Assembly (NCBI GenBank): GCA_038230375.1
Contig: JBBRNJ010000030.1
Coordinates: 1 to 64,000, forward strand
Direction: 5' to 3'
DNA: 64,000 nucleotides
Source: Polyangiales bacterium
GTDB lineage: Bacteria > Myxococcota_A > Polyangia > Polyangiales > Polyangiaceae
The notes under the pieces were generated by a model that saw only the letters and a program-made list of their open reading frames with translations, was not told where the DNA came from and ran no database searches. Positions 1 to 9,754 of the stretch are shown here, piece by piece; positions within the stretch are counted from its first letter, which is position 1; every line of letters begins with the position of its first letter. The position numbers were made by a program, and so were the translations under genes.

Positions 1-913
1 CCTTCGCGGCGCCGCTCGATTTCACTTTTCCACTCACCGTGGTCCCGACAAGATCTACGTGCGCGGCCGCGGACGCCACGACAGAGTTGGTCGACGACGT
101 GATGCTGCCACCGGTCATCACGACCTTCGCGTTGGCGGCGGCTTCAATGCCGACGGGCGCCGTGATGCTGACGCCGGTCAACGTCAGCTGGCAGTTGCCA
201 CCGGCCTTCACGCCCGCGGTCGCCTTCACGCCGTGCAGCGCGATGATGTCGTTGCCGCTGCATTCGAAGGTGGACTTGCCATCCCAGGCTGCGGCGGCCG
301 CGTTCTTGGCGTCGGCTGCGGGGTTGCTGTTGCCGCTGTTCTTCGCCTGCATCCACACATAGATGCCGAAGCCACCGCCCACGAGGAGCATGACGACGAT
401 GATGATCGCGCCGATGATCCATCCCCAGATCATCTTGGAGGCCTCGTTCTTGGCGTAGTTCTCCGGCGACATGCCGTTGATCTTCACCTTGAGCTGAGCG
501 CCTCCGCCAAGGTCGAACGTGCCTGCGCCGACATTGTTCTGCGGCTGGTGCTGTTGCATCGCCTGTCCGCCTTTGGGCGGCTGCGGTGCGTGACCGTCGA
601 TGCCGAACGACATCATGAGCTGGCTCACCATGATCCCGTTCCCGGCAAGGCCTGATGCCGAGATGATCTCCGGCACCACCGATGCGACGTCGCCCGTTCC
701 TAGATGACGGAATGTCAGCTCGCGGCTGCCCATCTTGCGACCGACGACCTCACGGATGGCGCGGAGGAGCTGCGCCTGTACAAGCTGCTGCGCCTGCATG
801 GGGTCGCCGCCGTTCGCCGTGAACTCGCACGTCGCGACGAGATCCACCGGCACGTCCCGCTGCTGCACGCTGTCCAGGAAGGGACCGACGGGACCGGCGA
901 TTTGAACTGTCAT
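1..913 (-). CDS. Single-pass membrane protein with C-terminal beta-rich repeat domain (3' end runs off window)
   Basis: Translated by hand because it is absent from the ORF track: ATG at 913, MTVQIAGPVGPFLDSVQQ..., open to position 1. TM segment IWGWIIGAIIIVVMLLVGGGFGIYVW, then WDGKSTFECSGNDIIALHGV...GGNCQLTLTGVSIT beta-solenoid-like repeats. Confidence 0.8.
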   Translation of the reverse strand, partial: MTVQIAGPVGPFLDSVQQRDVPVDLVATCEFTANGGDPMQAQQLVQAQLLRAIREVVGRKMGSRELTFRHLGTGDVASVVPEIISASGLAGNGIMVSQLMMSFGIDGHAPQPPKGGQAMQQHQPQNNVGAGTFDLGGGAQLKVKINGMSPENYAKNEASKMIWGWIIGAIIIVVMLLVGGGFGIYVWMQAKNSGNSNPAADAKNAAAAAWDGKSTFECSGNDIIALHGVKATAGVKAGGNCQLTLTGVSITAPVGIEAAANAKVVMTGGSITSSTNSVVASAAAHVDLVGTTVSGKVKSSGAAK

Positions 914-1001
914 AGGAACGAAGATAGCCGACCTCGGCGGGAGCGCAGCGTCACCCAGATGGGCTACGGACCGAGAGACGGTGATCTTTGTGTGAGCAGA
1001 A

Positions 1002-2138
1002 TCACAGCCCCACAGGCACTGGGACCATCGACTTCGAGTCACCTCCCGCTGCGTCTCCGAGCTGGCCGCTCCCGTCGTCGCCCCAGCACTGGATCGCGCC
1101 CGCGATCGTGCGGGCGCACGCCGAGCCGCTGCCGTTGCTCAGCTCGACAACGCCCGTCGCGAGGCCCGTGACGGGCGAGGGATGTCCGGTGCTCACGAGC
1201 GAGCCATTGCCCAGTGAGCCATCGTGGTTGTCGCCCCAGCAGAGCGCCGCGCCGCTCTTCGTCCACGCGCACGTGTTGGCCTCGCCAGCGGAGACACCGA
1301 GCACGTCGGACAGGCCCGTCACTGCCACGGGCGCGTCGTGATCGATCGCAGTGCCATCGCCTAGCTGCCCGTCCGCATTCCTTCCCCAGCACGCGACCGT
1401 CGCATCCGTGAGCACCACGCATCCGTGACCGTCCGACCCAAGCGATACGCGTGCGGCCTTCGGCACGCCCTTCGGCTTCGGCGTCTCGTCGGACGCGTTC
1501 CAGCACTGCAAGTCGCCAGATGTGGTCACGGCGCACGCGTCGCGGTTTCCGAGCGCCACGTCGACCACGCCCGTGAGCCCGGCGATGATCGAAGGCTTCG
1601 ATGCGCTCATCTTGCCCCAGCAGCTCACGCGCGAATCGCTCTGGCGCGCGCAGGCGTAGTCGCTGCCGACCGCGACCTGCTCTACACCGGCGAGGCCTGG
1701 CACCACCACCGGCACCGCGCCGACGCCGATGGTGACGCCCGAGCCGGACTGGCCCCAGCACGACACGCTTCCATCCGCGAGCACCGCGCACGTCACGAAG
1801 TTCGCCGTGCTGAGCTGCTTCGCGTTCGTGATGCCGGTCACCACGACGGGACGAGACGGCTCGCCCGCCGTTCCGTTTCCGAGCTCACCATCGGAGTTGT
1901 ATCCCCAGCACTCGACGCCGCCAGCTTGCAGACGCGCGCACCCGCCCTGCACGCCCGTGACGATCTGCACTGCGGCTGCACCCGACGGACCTGCGCCAAG
2001 CCCCGCGCCGCCATCGCCACCATCGCCCGTACCCGATCCCGCCGGGCCAGCCGAGCCAGCCGAGCCAGCACTGCACGCCACCACGAACGCCGGCGTGGCG
2101 AGAACAAGAAGGCCGCGAAGGAGGCGTGAATGCATGAT
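1002..2138 (-). CDS. RCC1-repeat (BLIP-II-like) beta-propeller lipoprotein
   Basis: Repeated CA...G.V.CWG.N..GQLG.G motifs; lipobox VVAC. ORF track starts at 2246, but a start near MHSRLL (~2138) fits the signal peptide better. Confidence 0.9.
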   Translation of the reverse strand: MMHSRLLRGLLVLATPAFVVACSAGSAGSAGPAGSGTGDGGDGGAGLGAGPSGAAAVQIVTGVQGGCARLQAGGVECWGYNSDGELGNGTAGEPSRPVVVTGITNAKQLSTANFVTCAVLADGSVSCWGQSGSGVTIGVGAVPVVVPGLAGVEQVAVGSDYACARQSDSRVSCWGKMSASKPSIIAGLTGVVDVALGNRDACAVTTSGDLQCWNASDETPKPKGVPKAARVSLGSDGHGCVVLTDATVACWGRNADGQLGDGTAIDHDAPVAVTGLSDVLGVSAGEANTCAWTKSGAALCWGDNHDGSLGNGSLVSTGHPSPVTGLATGVVELSNGSGSACARTIAGAIQCWGDDGSGQLGDAAGGDSKSMVPVPVGL

Positions 2139-2255
2139 GCTCATGAAACCTCGGGGAAATGGAGCCATTTCGTAAGACGCGGTGCTGCCGCGACCCCTAC
2201 GTGGAGCCACCCCGTCGAAATTATGATCGACGTGCCAACGAACCACACCCGCCGC

Positions 2256-2975
2256 TCAGGGGATCGTCGACTTGAGCTGCTGTTGAAGCAGTGAGTCCAC
2301 GCTCGCCGGCTGCTGGGGCTGCGGCGGGGGCTTCTTCGGCTCTTCGGGCTTCGGACCGTTGTTCGCTTGCGCGTAGCCACCGGGCGGGCGCGGCCTGCTC
2401 GTGACAGCCGCGCTTGGTGCAGCGGACGCGACGGGGGTGGGGGGAGTTCTTGCCGCCTGACTCGTGGGCGGAGGCACAGCCTCGGCAAACGTCTGCGCCG
2501 GCGGAGGTGTGGACGATGCGGAAGGCGCGGTGGCAGGAGCGCTCGCTGCGCCTCGTGACACTCCGAAGGCGATCGCGGTCTCGTGCTCGGGCTCGCTCGA
2601 GGCCGTCGCAACGGTGTCGGGCTTCATGGGCGGTGGAAGCGCGAGCCGCGCGCGCGCACGATAGGCGGTGACGCCCGCAGCGATCGCGAGCCCCGCGATG
2701 AGGCCCAGGATGAGCGGCCGGAAGCTGAACGACGACTCGCCCTTCTCTGACTTCGGTGCGTCCTTGGTGGCGTTGGTGAGCGTCGGCGAGACCGTGGGCG
2801 ACGGCGTGGTCTTGCTGGATGCGGGCGGGCGCGCGGGGGCCTGAGATGCCTGCGGAGGAGCGTTCTGGTTCGAGGCCGCTTTCTGTGCCGCTGCAACCGA
2901 CATGGGCTGGATGAGGGGCACCGTCTTCTGCTGCAGGCGCGGCCCGTTCTTCTTCTGTTGCTTCTGGTTGCTCAT
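2256..2975 (-). CDS. Pro/Ala-rich single-pass membrane protein
   Basis: TM LILGLIAGLAIAAGVTAY flanked by low-complexity Pro-rich segments; co-oriented with neighbours, short gaps. Confidence 0.75.
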   Translation of the reverse strand: MSNQKQQKKNGPRLQQKTVPLIQPMSVAAAQKAASNQNAPPQASQAPARPPASSKTTPSPTVSPTLTNATKDAPKSEKGESSFSFRPLILGLIAGLAIAAGVTAYRARARLALPPPMKPDTVATASSEPEHETAIAFGVSRGAASAPATAPSASSTPPPAQTFAEAVPPPTSQAARTPPTPVASAAPSAAVTSRPRPPGGYAQANNGPKPEEPKKPPPQPQQPASVDSLLQQQLKSTIP

Positions 2976-2983
2976 GGGATCGA

Positions 2984-3628
2984 TCAGTTGGGAACGGAGC
3001 GGTACTGCTCCCGCACGACGACTCCCGCGCCGAGGTTGGTGGCGGTCACGTCTGCGGCGTAGTCCGTGAAGTGGAACTCCAGCGCGGCCTGGCGGAACTG
3101 CGCGTCGAGGAACTCCGGCGTCCGCGTGCCGCGCACCGCGGTGGGCGCGCCGGCCTCTTTTTCAAGCTTCGCGGCGACCTGATCGACTATACGGAGCGCA
3201 GTGGCGCCGTCCGTGGCCGGGTGAATCAGGTCCACGCCCACCAGCACGCCGCGCGGGTCGAAGCGGAAGAATGCGTCCTCGACGTCGGCGGCGCTCTCGC
3301 AGCGGAGCGCGGCGCCGTTCATCTCTTCGGTGCATTCTGCATGCGTTCGATCGCCCCACGCCACAACGTCCGCCTTGGTGGACGTGTCGAGCGTGAAGCC
3401 AAACGCCGGACGTGCGAGCGCCCGGGACGTGCCCTTGAGCACCCCCGCGTTCTTCTGGCGGAACGCCTCCAGCTCCTCGGGCGACGCGCTCTTGCCCCCC
3501 ACGGGACAACCACCGACACGCGCGAGGAGCGGCTGCATCATCTTCGTGTGACCGAGCCCGACGGCCGCAATGAGCAACGCCGTGACCGCAGCAACACGAA
3601 TGACGATGCGACGCGCGCGCGCGTTCAC
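2984..3628 (-). CDS. Hypothetical exported protein
   Basis: N-terminal basic plus hydrophobic segment; globular C-terminal part; 8-bp gap to the next gene. Confidence 0.75.
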   Translation of the reverse strand: MNARARRIVIRVAAVTALLIAAVGLGHTKMMQPLLARVGGCPVGGKSASPEELEAFRQKNAGVLKGTSRALARPAFGFTLDTSTKADVVAWGDRTHAECTEEMNGAALRCESAADVEDAFFRFDPRGVLVGVDLIHPATDGATALRIVDQVAAKLEKEAGAPTAVRGTRTPEFLDAQFRQAALEFHFTDYAADVTATNLGAGVVVREQYRSVPN

Positions 3629-3677
3629 GGGCTCACCCGCATCATGCAGCCACGTGCCGTTCCGAGGTCAGAGGAAC

Positions 3678-4400
3678 TCAGTTTCCGGTTGCATCGAACG
3701 AGGAGTCGACGCTGGTACCCGAGTCGAGCCCGGTGCCCGTTTCGGCGTCCGTCCCGCCATCGATGTACACGGTGCATGATGCATCATTGTACATTCCATT
3801 CGGACAAGCGCAGTACTCGTATTGGGTCGGCTGCTGATTGGTCTGTACGACACCGGTCTGGGTGCCGAGGATGGCCGAGTTGATCGACGTCTGGTCATCC
3901 GTGGAGAGGTTCGCCTTGGCGAGCTCGCTGAGCGCGAGCTGCTGGAAAGCGATGAAATCCGCCTTCCGCAGCTGCAGGTTGCGGTGCGCATCCGTCATGC
4001 TGCGACACGCCTGCCCGGCCGAGTCCTTGGTGGTGCCGGCCACATAGGTGACGCCGTCACACTGGAAGAAGGCCTGCATCTGGATGGCGAAGCACTCGTC
4101 CAGGTGCTTGGTGCTCTTCAACATGGTGAAGGCACCGCTGAGCCGGCAGTCTGCCTTGGCCGCGTTGAGGATGTTGGTCGCGATGGTCGCGACGCCGGCT
4201 GCGTTGCCGTACTTCCCGCAGATCGCTGCGCCGGGCATGGGCGTGGTCCCGGTTCCTGTCGCGACGGCGTCCGTATTCCCTCCACCAGCGCCGCTATCTG
4301 GGCGCGCTGTGGCAGGGTTCTCGTCTCCGCCTGAACAGGCGGCAACGACTCCCCAGACGGTCAACACGGCGCCGAGACCCAAGAGTCGAACGTTCTTCAT
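3678..4400 (-). CDS. Lipoprotein with group I truncated-hemoglobin-like domain
   Basis: MKNVRLL...VAAC lipobox with GGAG RBS. 2/2 globin pattern KYGNAAGVATIATNIL...ADCRLSGAF...MTDAHRNLQLRKADFIAF...LAKANLSTDDQ with proximal His(F8). Confidence 0.75.
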   Translation of the reverse strand: MKNVRLLGLGAVLTVWGVVAACSGGDENPATARPDSGAGGGNTDAVATGTGTTPMPGAAICGKYGNAAGVATIATNILNAAKADCRLSGAFTMLKSTKHLDECFAIQMQAFFQCDGVTYVAGTTKDSAGQACRSMTDAHRNLQLRKADFIAFQQLALSELAKANLSTDDQTSINSAILGTQTGVVQTNQQPTQYEYCACPNGMYNDASCTVYIDGGTDAETGTGLDSGTSVDSSFDATGN

Positions 4401-4838
4401 GCGGTTCTCCAAGAGTGGACCGAACGGTGGCGACACGCCCAATTTCCGGCAACCCGATCACGTAGTGAGCAAACCTTGCGCCGACACCACACGGGGCTGA
4501 AGAGAATGTTACAGCCAAAGCACATCGCAGCCCAGCTCGATCCCGATTCGCCGTTCAAACTCGGCCGATGCGATCGTGGCGACAAAAGGTGTCGCAGTAG
4601 GTTCGCACGTGGGCCTACACACGCGTTTCGATTGAGGGTTGGGGGCATCACCCACAGGGATCTGGGGGTGGCGACCCCGCATTCGATGCCGTTCGAGGAG
4701 CCTTTCTCCCGCCGTGTTGCACGGAGGTAACATCCGTCACACGGCCCCTGCCCAGCGAAACGCGCGATTTGTGCGCAGTAGCGGATCTCCTTACAAACCC
4801 GCGTCCTCCGGTGGCATGTCGCGTGCACAATTGCGGGC

Positions 4839-5918
4839 ATGCGGTTCCTTTCCACAGTCGCCATCTTCACGCTGACCTGCGTGTCCGTGGTTGGCTGTGC
4901 ACAGAAGCGCACCACGACGTCGGCGAAGCCCGCTGACGCGAACATCGCCTCCTCTACTACTGAGCAGGTCCCCGAGAAGAAGCCGCGCTTCGCCTCGGAT
5001 GCGCCGGTGTACGTGGACGGCAAGTCGGTGGGCGTCATCCGCTTCGTCGAGCTCCCCCCGTCCGTCAAGGCGAAGGTCATCAAGCTCCCCGGTGGCTACT
5101 CCCAGACGAACTTCACGTTCAACGACTACTTCAAGGCGATCGGCGTGGACGTGGCGAAGATCCAGGCCCTCCACCTCTATGGTGGCAAGCGCACGGTCGT
5201 CGTGGACGCAGCCGAGCTCCACCGCCTGGGCGACAAGCTCCAGTTCTCGTTCATCCGCGGTGACCGCGGCAAGGTTCGGATGGAGTGGCCGGCGCAGAAG
5301 CTGAACGTCAACACCACGATCGACATGCTCACGCGCGTCGCGATCTATGTCGACAAGCAGCCGCCGCACCTCGACACCGACGGCGACCTCGCGATGCCGG
5401 ACGGCACCAAGGTCGCCGAGGACAAGATGCCGTACGTGGACACCGAGGCCGGCAACGGCACGCGCGTCTACATCGACGGCTCGTATGTCGCCACGGTGAA
5501 GCGTCGCAAGCTCGGCGACGACCTCCGCGTTCCCGCGGCCGACGCACAGGACGTGCGCTTCTCCCTCGCGGGCTACACGCGCACCCTCGGCATCGAAGGT
5601 CGTACTCCCGAGACGACCCCCAAGGCGATCGACTTCATCTCCGGCGACGACGTTGTCGGCCGCGTCGAGGGCGCTTCTGCGAAGCAGCTGAGCTTCTCGC
5701 TTCCGCGTCACAACCAGGGCCGCATCTCGGTCGACCTCCCGTCCGCAAAGGCGGAGACGTCGCATGTGCGTGTGAGCTCAGTCCAGATTTTTTTGAAGAC
5801 CGACCCGCCTGCACGTACGCTCGTCGATCCCGAGAGCGTCGTGGAGATGGGCAATGGCGGTGGTGGTGGGGGCGGGACGAGCGCAAACGGCTCGACAACC
5901 GCCGCAGACGACGATTGA
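4839..5918 (+). CDS. Hypothetical lipoprotein with two internally repeated beta-rich modules
   Basis: Lipobox VVGC; duplicated (P/R)VY(V/I)DG..V..(I/V) ... F(T/S)...Y...(I/L)G(V/I) segments. Confidence 0.85.
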   Translation: MRFLSTVAIFTLTCVSVVGCAQKRTTTSAKPADANIASSTTEQVPEKKPRFASDAPVYVDGKSVGVIRFVELPPSVKAKVIKLPGGYSQTNFTFNDYFKAIGVDVAKIQALHLYGGKRTVVVDAAELHRLGDKLQFSFIRGDRGKVRMEWPAQKLNVNTTIDMLTRVAIYVDKQPPHLDTDGDLAMPDGTKVAEDKMPYVDTEAGNGTRVYIDGSYVATVKRRKLGDDLRVPAADAQDVRFSLAGYTRTLGIEGRTPETTPKAIDFISGDDVVGRVEGASAKQLSFSLPRHNQGRISVDLPSAKAETSHVRVSSVQIFLKTDPPARTLVDPESVVEMGNGGGGGGGTSANGSTTAADDD

Positions 5919-5988
5919 GAATACGAGAGAGTTTTTTTCCGCGACGGGCAGTTGGGCTCCGCCGCTTTCACCCGACAGGAGTTTCCCC

Positions 5989-7737
5989 ATGAGGACAGGT
6001 CTCGCAGTTATTGCCTTCGGTTTGGTCTGCTCGACCTTCTCTGTGGTTGCCATGGCGGACACCACTTCGGGTGCGAGCACGGAGCTAGCGCAGGCTGCTG
6101 CGCAGGTCACCCTGGTCGGCGGTGGAAACGAAGGTCGCCTCGACGGCACCGAGCGTCTTCGCTACCCCGGCTTCGAGCAGACGACGATCGTCCAGAACAA
6201 GGCGCGCATCGTCATGATCACGATGCAGGCGACGCAGGTCCCGGGCGAAGGCCCGGTCCAGTGCAGCTGCACCGCCTACGACCTGAAGGCTGACGGCCCT
6301 CCGCAGCAGGTCGTGCCGCTCACCAAGCTCACGCACCTTGGCAACGGCGAGCGGACCTGTAACCACCCGAAGGCGATCGCGGACGAAGCCGGCAACATCG
6401 TTTGGATGTACGGCTCCGACACGGGCTCGAACCGCCCCAACACGTACGCCGGCATCATCAACGACAAGTGCCAGCAGCTCGCTGCGCCGCAGATGGTGAA
6501 CGTCGCGCGTAACGCGAACGACGGCGCGCCCGACATCGTCTACAACGGCAAGGACGCCAGCGGCGCGTCGATCTTCACGGCCGGCTACTACAGCGACGGC
6601 GGCGGCACCCCCACCCCGGGCTTCCCCGGCGAGGGCGGTCGTTATTCGGTCGGTATGGGTCTCCGTGTCACCGGCGCTGGCCCCTCCGCCACGCTCACGC
6701 GTACGTGGATCGAGCCCGTCATCACGCCGACCGACATCGGTCGTCCGACCATCGCAGCTGCGGGCCTGACCCGTACGATGTTCTGCGCGCCGGAAGGCCC
6801 GAACCGCCCCAGCAACAACGTCGCCTGCGCGCTGCTCGACTCCACGCAGCCCGCCGTCCCGACCATGCCGTCGATGACGCCGACCCGCTCCGTGTGGCGC
6901 AACAGCGTCGCGGTCGGTGACGACAAGACCCGCACGTACTTCAACCAGCCGACCATCGCACGGCTCTCTGACAACCGCTTCGCCCTCATGACGGCGGAGA
7001 CGAACGCGATGGGCAAGAACGGCAACGTGAAGGGGTCGAACCTCTCTCACATGTTCATGCTCGAGCAGAACGGTGACAACGTGAAGGTGGGCTCGGCGCA
7101 GATCAAGGGCGCCGCGGTTCACCAGACGCACCCGGCGATCTGCACGGGCGGCTACAGCGAGGGCGGCGCCCCGGCGATCGCGGTCTTCAGCGCTGCGCCC
7201 ACGGGCATCGGCCGCGCTGCGATGCAGCTCGTGAAGTACGACGACACGGCGAAGACCTTCGCCGCCGACACCACGACCGACATGTGGACCACCGCCTGGT
7301 ACGGCGACTCCGGTCACCTCTCCAACTGGTACGGCCGTAACCCCGGCAACCAGGGTCGTGACTTCCTCCGCTGCATCGGCGGCGTTGCGAACCCCGGCCA
7401 CGGCGTCCCGAACGGCTACATGAGCAACGTGAAGACGTTCTTCGTGGGCGCTGTCCACGGCCGCGTCCCGGGCGATGCGAAGAACTCGCTCTTCCTCTCC
7501 CTCGTCCCCGGCGAGAGCGACGTGAAGCTCTCCCCGCAGAACCCGGTCCCCGCTGGTGAGGCCATCGACACCACCCCGCCGGTCACCACCACGCCGGACG
7601 CGGCCTCTGGCAACTCGGGCGGCTGCGCCTGCGATGTCGGCGCCCCTGTCAGCAGCAACTCGAGCTCGGGCCTCGCGCTCTTCGGTCTCGCGATCGGTGC
7701 AGTGCTGGTTCGTTCGCGTCGCTCGAAGAAGAGCTGA
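5989..7737 (+). CDS. Secreted protein with MYXO-CTERM sorting signal
   Basis: AGGAG RBS at 5977-5981, ATG 5989, signal peptide; C-terminus GGCACDVG...LALFGLAIGAVLVRSRRSKKS. Confidence 0.9.
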   Translation: MRTGLAVIAFGLVCSTFSVVAMADTTSGASTELAQAAAQVTLVGGGNEGRLDGTERLRYPGFEQTTIVQNKARIVMITMQATQVPGEGPVQCSCTAYDLKADGPPQQVVPLTKLTHLGNGERTCNHPKAIADEAGNIVWMYGSDTGSNRPNTYAGIINDKCQQLAAPQMVNVARNANDGAPDIVYNGKDASGASIFTAGYYSDGGGTPTPGFPGEGGRYSVGMGLRVTGAGPSATLTRTWIEPVITPTDIGRPTIAAAGLTRTMFCAPEGPNRPSNNVACALLDSTQPAVPTMPSMTPTRSVWRNSVAVGDDKTRTYFNQPTIARLSDNRFALMTAETNAMGKNGNVKGSNLSHMFMLEQNGDNVKVGSAQIKGAAVHQTHPAICTGGYSEGGAPAIAVFSAAPTGIGRAAMQLVKYDDTAKTFAADTTTDMWTTAWYGDSGHLSNWYGRNPGNQGRDFLRCIGGVANPGHGVPNGYMSNVKTFFVGAVHGRVPGDAKNSLFLSLVPGESDVKLSPQNPVPAGEAIDTTPPVTTTPDAASGNSGGCACDVGAPVSSNSSSGLALFGLAIGAVLVRSRRSKKS

Positions 7738-7767
7738 TACACTCCGAGGAGCTCCCGGAGCACTCTC

Positions 7768-8643
7768 ATGAAAAAGAACGCTTTCTTCTCGCTCCTCGTT
7801 CTCGTCTCTGGTGCTTGGGCTGCAGCGATGGGCTGCAGCTCCAAGTCCTCCTCAGGCACTACCAACCAGGCTGACTTGGACAAGCAAGCAGCCCAGGACT
7901 ACTACGTCCAGCACGTGCACCCGGCGATGAACAACTGCGTCGGGTGCCACGGGAATGGTGGCGCCGGCCCCACGTTCATGGACGCCGATCCGCCGACCTC
8001 GTACGCCGCTATCGTGCAGACGGTCGGGCTCATCGCGGCGCCCAAGAACAGTCCGCTGGTGCAATACCAGCACACGGACAAGACAATCGTCGAGTCACCG
8101 GAACAGCGGAACGTCATCTCGGAGTGGCTCGGCCTCGAGGCCAATGCCCGCGGCCTGCAGGGCGCCGTTGCCAAGCCCGCAACCGTCGCGGACGCATACA
8201 AGCAGTTCGCCGACTGCATGAACTACAACGTGTGGGAGTACTACCGGATGGGCGACCTGCCCTTCACGGAGTCGGACCTTGAAGGTCCGTGCCTTGGTTG
8301 TCACTCCGTCGGTCAAGGCAGCGCCTGGCTCAGCGCCGGCTCTCACGAGACCTTCGACAAGCACAAGGAGTTCCCCTTCATCCAGAAGCTCGTCGTTGCG
8401 CAGCTCGACTCAAAGGGTAACTTCCAGGCCCTCGTTCCGGCGAAGCGCTACATCGACAAGGCAGATGAAGGTTGTGCGGCAGGCTCCACGTCCTGTCACC
8501 CGCGGTACGGATTGCCGCCGGTCATCGTGACCAACATCAATGGATTTGTGAACACGACACTTCAGAACCTGCAAATCGATAGCTGCAACAGCGCTATCGT
8601 CGTGCCGCAGGAAGCTGGTCCGGTCGACGCAGGAGGAGGCTGA
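7768..8643 (+). CDS. Diheme c-type cytochrome lipoprotein (paralog 1)
   Basis: Lipobox AMGC; CVGCH and CLGCH motifs; C-terminal HPRY. Confidence 0.85.
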   Translation: MKKNAFFSLLVLVSGAWAAAMGCSSKSSSGTTNQADLDKQAAQDYYVQHVHPAMNNCVGCHGNGGAGPTFMDADPPTSYAAIVQTVGLIAAPKNSPLVQYQHTDKTIVESPEQRNVISEWLGLEANARGLQGAVAKPATVADAYKQFADCMNYNVWEYYRMGDLPFTESDLEGPCLGCHSVGQGSAWLSAGSHETFDKHKEFPFIQKLVVAQLDSKGNFQALVPAKRYIDKADEGCAAGSTSCHPRYGLPPVIVTNINGFVNTTLQNLQIDSCNSAIVVPQEAGPVDAGGG

Positions 8644-8645
8644 GA

Positions 8646-9506
8646 ATGAAAGCTACAAGCAGCACACGCGCAGCGTTGGTTCTGGCGCTCGCCATGGGCA
8701 GCGGATTCATCTGGGCCTGCTCTTCATCCAGCAGTGGTGACTCCGCGGCCAATGCCACGGGCGCGAAGGCGTTCTTCAACTCCAAGGTGTTCCCGTCGCT
8801 GCAGCCCACGTGCAAGGGCTGTCACCAGGGCGGCGAGCGCGGTGCGCCCGTCTTCATCGGCGCCTCCGCCGATACGACGTACACAGCGATCGACGGCTTC
8901 CCCGGCCTCATCGCCGTGCCGAGCATCAGCCCGATCGTCCAGAAGGGCCCACACAGCGGTCCGGCTCTGACGACGGATCAGCAGGACGTCGTCACGCAGT
9001 GGCTCAAGCTGGAAGCGGACGAGCGCAAGCTCTCCAGTGATCCGGGTCAGCCCCAGAACCTGCGCGCCGCGTTCAAGGCGTTCGGCGCGTGCATGGACTA
9101 CAACCGCTGGATCGCGCTGAAGCTCGACACGCTCGCGAAGAATACGACAGAGAACAACCAGGGCCAGTGCATGTCCTGCCACAACTTCGGCATGGCGAGC
9201 ATGTGGCTCAGCGCGGACCCCGCCGTCACGTTCCTCAAGCTGCGTGAGTTCCCCTATGTACAGCGCCTCGTCGTTGGCTCCGTGAACAACAAGGGCGAGT
9301 TCGAAGGCCTCAACTTCTCGCGCCGCATCCTGGACAAGGGCACGGAAGCGCAGCAGCCGCAGTCGAACAGCCACCCGCGCTACTCGTTCCCGTCGGACCT
9401 CACCGCGAACCTCACCACGTTCGTGAACGAGACCATCAGCAACCTGTCCGCAGGCCGCTGCCAGAACGTATCGACACCCGACGCAGGCCTAGAAGGCGGC
9501 ATGTAG
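8646..9506 (+). CDS. Diheme c-type cytochrome lipoprotein (paralog 2)
   Basis: Lipobox IWAC; CKGCH and CMSCH; aligns along its length with 7768-8643 (GLIA.P..SP, F..CM.Y..W, EFP..Q.LVV, HPRY). Confidence 0.85.
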   Translation: MKATSSTRAALVLALAMGSGFIWACSSSSSGDSAANATGAKAFFNSKVFPSLQPTCKGCHQGGERGAPVFIGASADTTYTAIDGFPGLIAVPSISPIVQKGPHSGPALTTDQQDVVTQWLKLEADERKLSSDPGQPQNLRAAFKAFGACMDYNRWIALKLDTLAKNTTENNQGQCMSCHNFGMASMWLSADPAVTFLKLREFPYVQRLVVGSVNNKGEFEGLNFSRRILDKGTEAQQPQSNSHPRYSFPSDLTANLTTFVNETISNLSAGRCQNVSTPDAGLEGGM

Positions 9507-9665
9507 AAACAGCGTCGCCTCGGGCGAGATGCATCCCGCCAGGCTTCGTTTTGGTCTGCGCGCGGTGCTCACGTACGGGAGTACGTTCCGCTCCGTGCTC
9601 GACCAAAGCCTCGCCTGACGGGCGCCTCTCGCCCGATCCGACGCTGTTTCCGTATGGTCCGATAT

Positions 9666-9754
9666 GTCGGTCGCGGGGATGCGTCGGTCGCGGGGCTCCC
9701 GAGGATGCGTCGGTCGCGGGGCTCCCGAGGATGCGTTGGGGCTCCCGAGGATGC
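9666..9754. repeat. Short intergenic tandem repeat, 26-bp unit GGATGCGTCGGTCGCGGGGCTCCCGA
   Basis: Full units start at 9677 and 9703, a 20-bp deleted unit at 9729, partial copies on both flanks; no spacers. Confidence 0.9.

Noticed and set aside
4466..4520. GCAAACC...GGCTGAAG...ACAGCC resembling a c-di-GMP-I riboswitch
   Set aside because: The GNRA-capped P2 and the GCAAAG junction are not recognisable; resemblance too weak
9666..9754. Possible mini-CRISPR array
   Set aside because: The repeats are directly adjacent with no unique spacers, and there are no cas genes in the window
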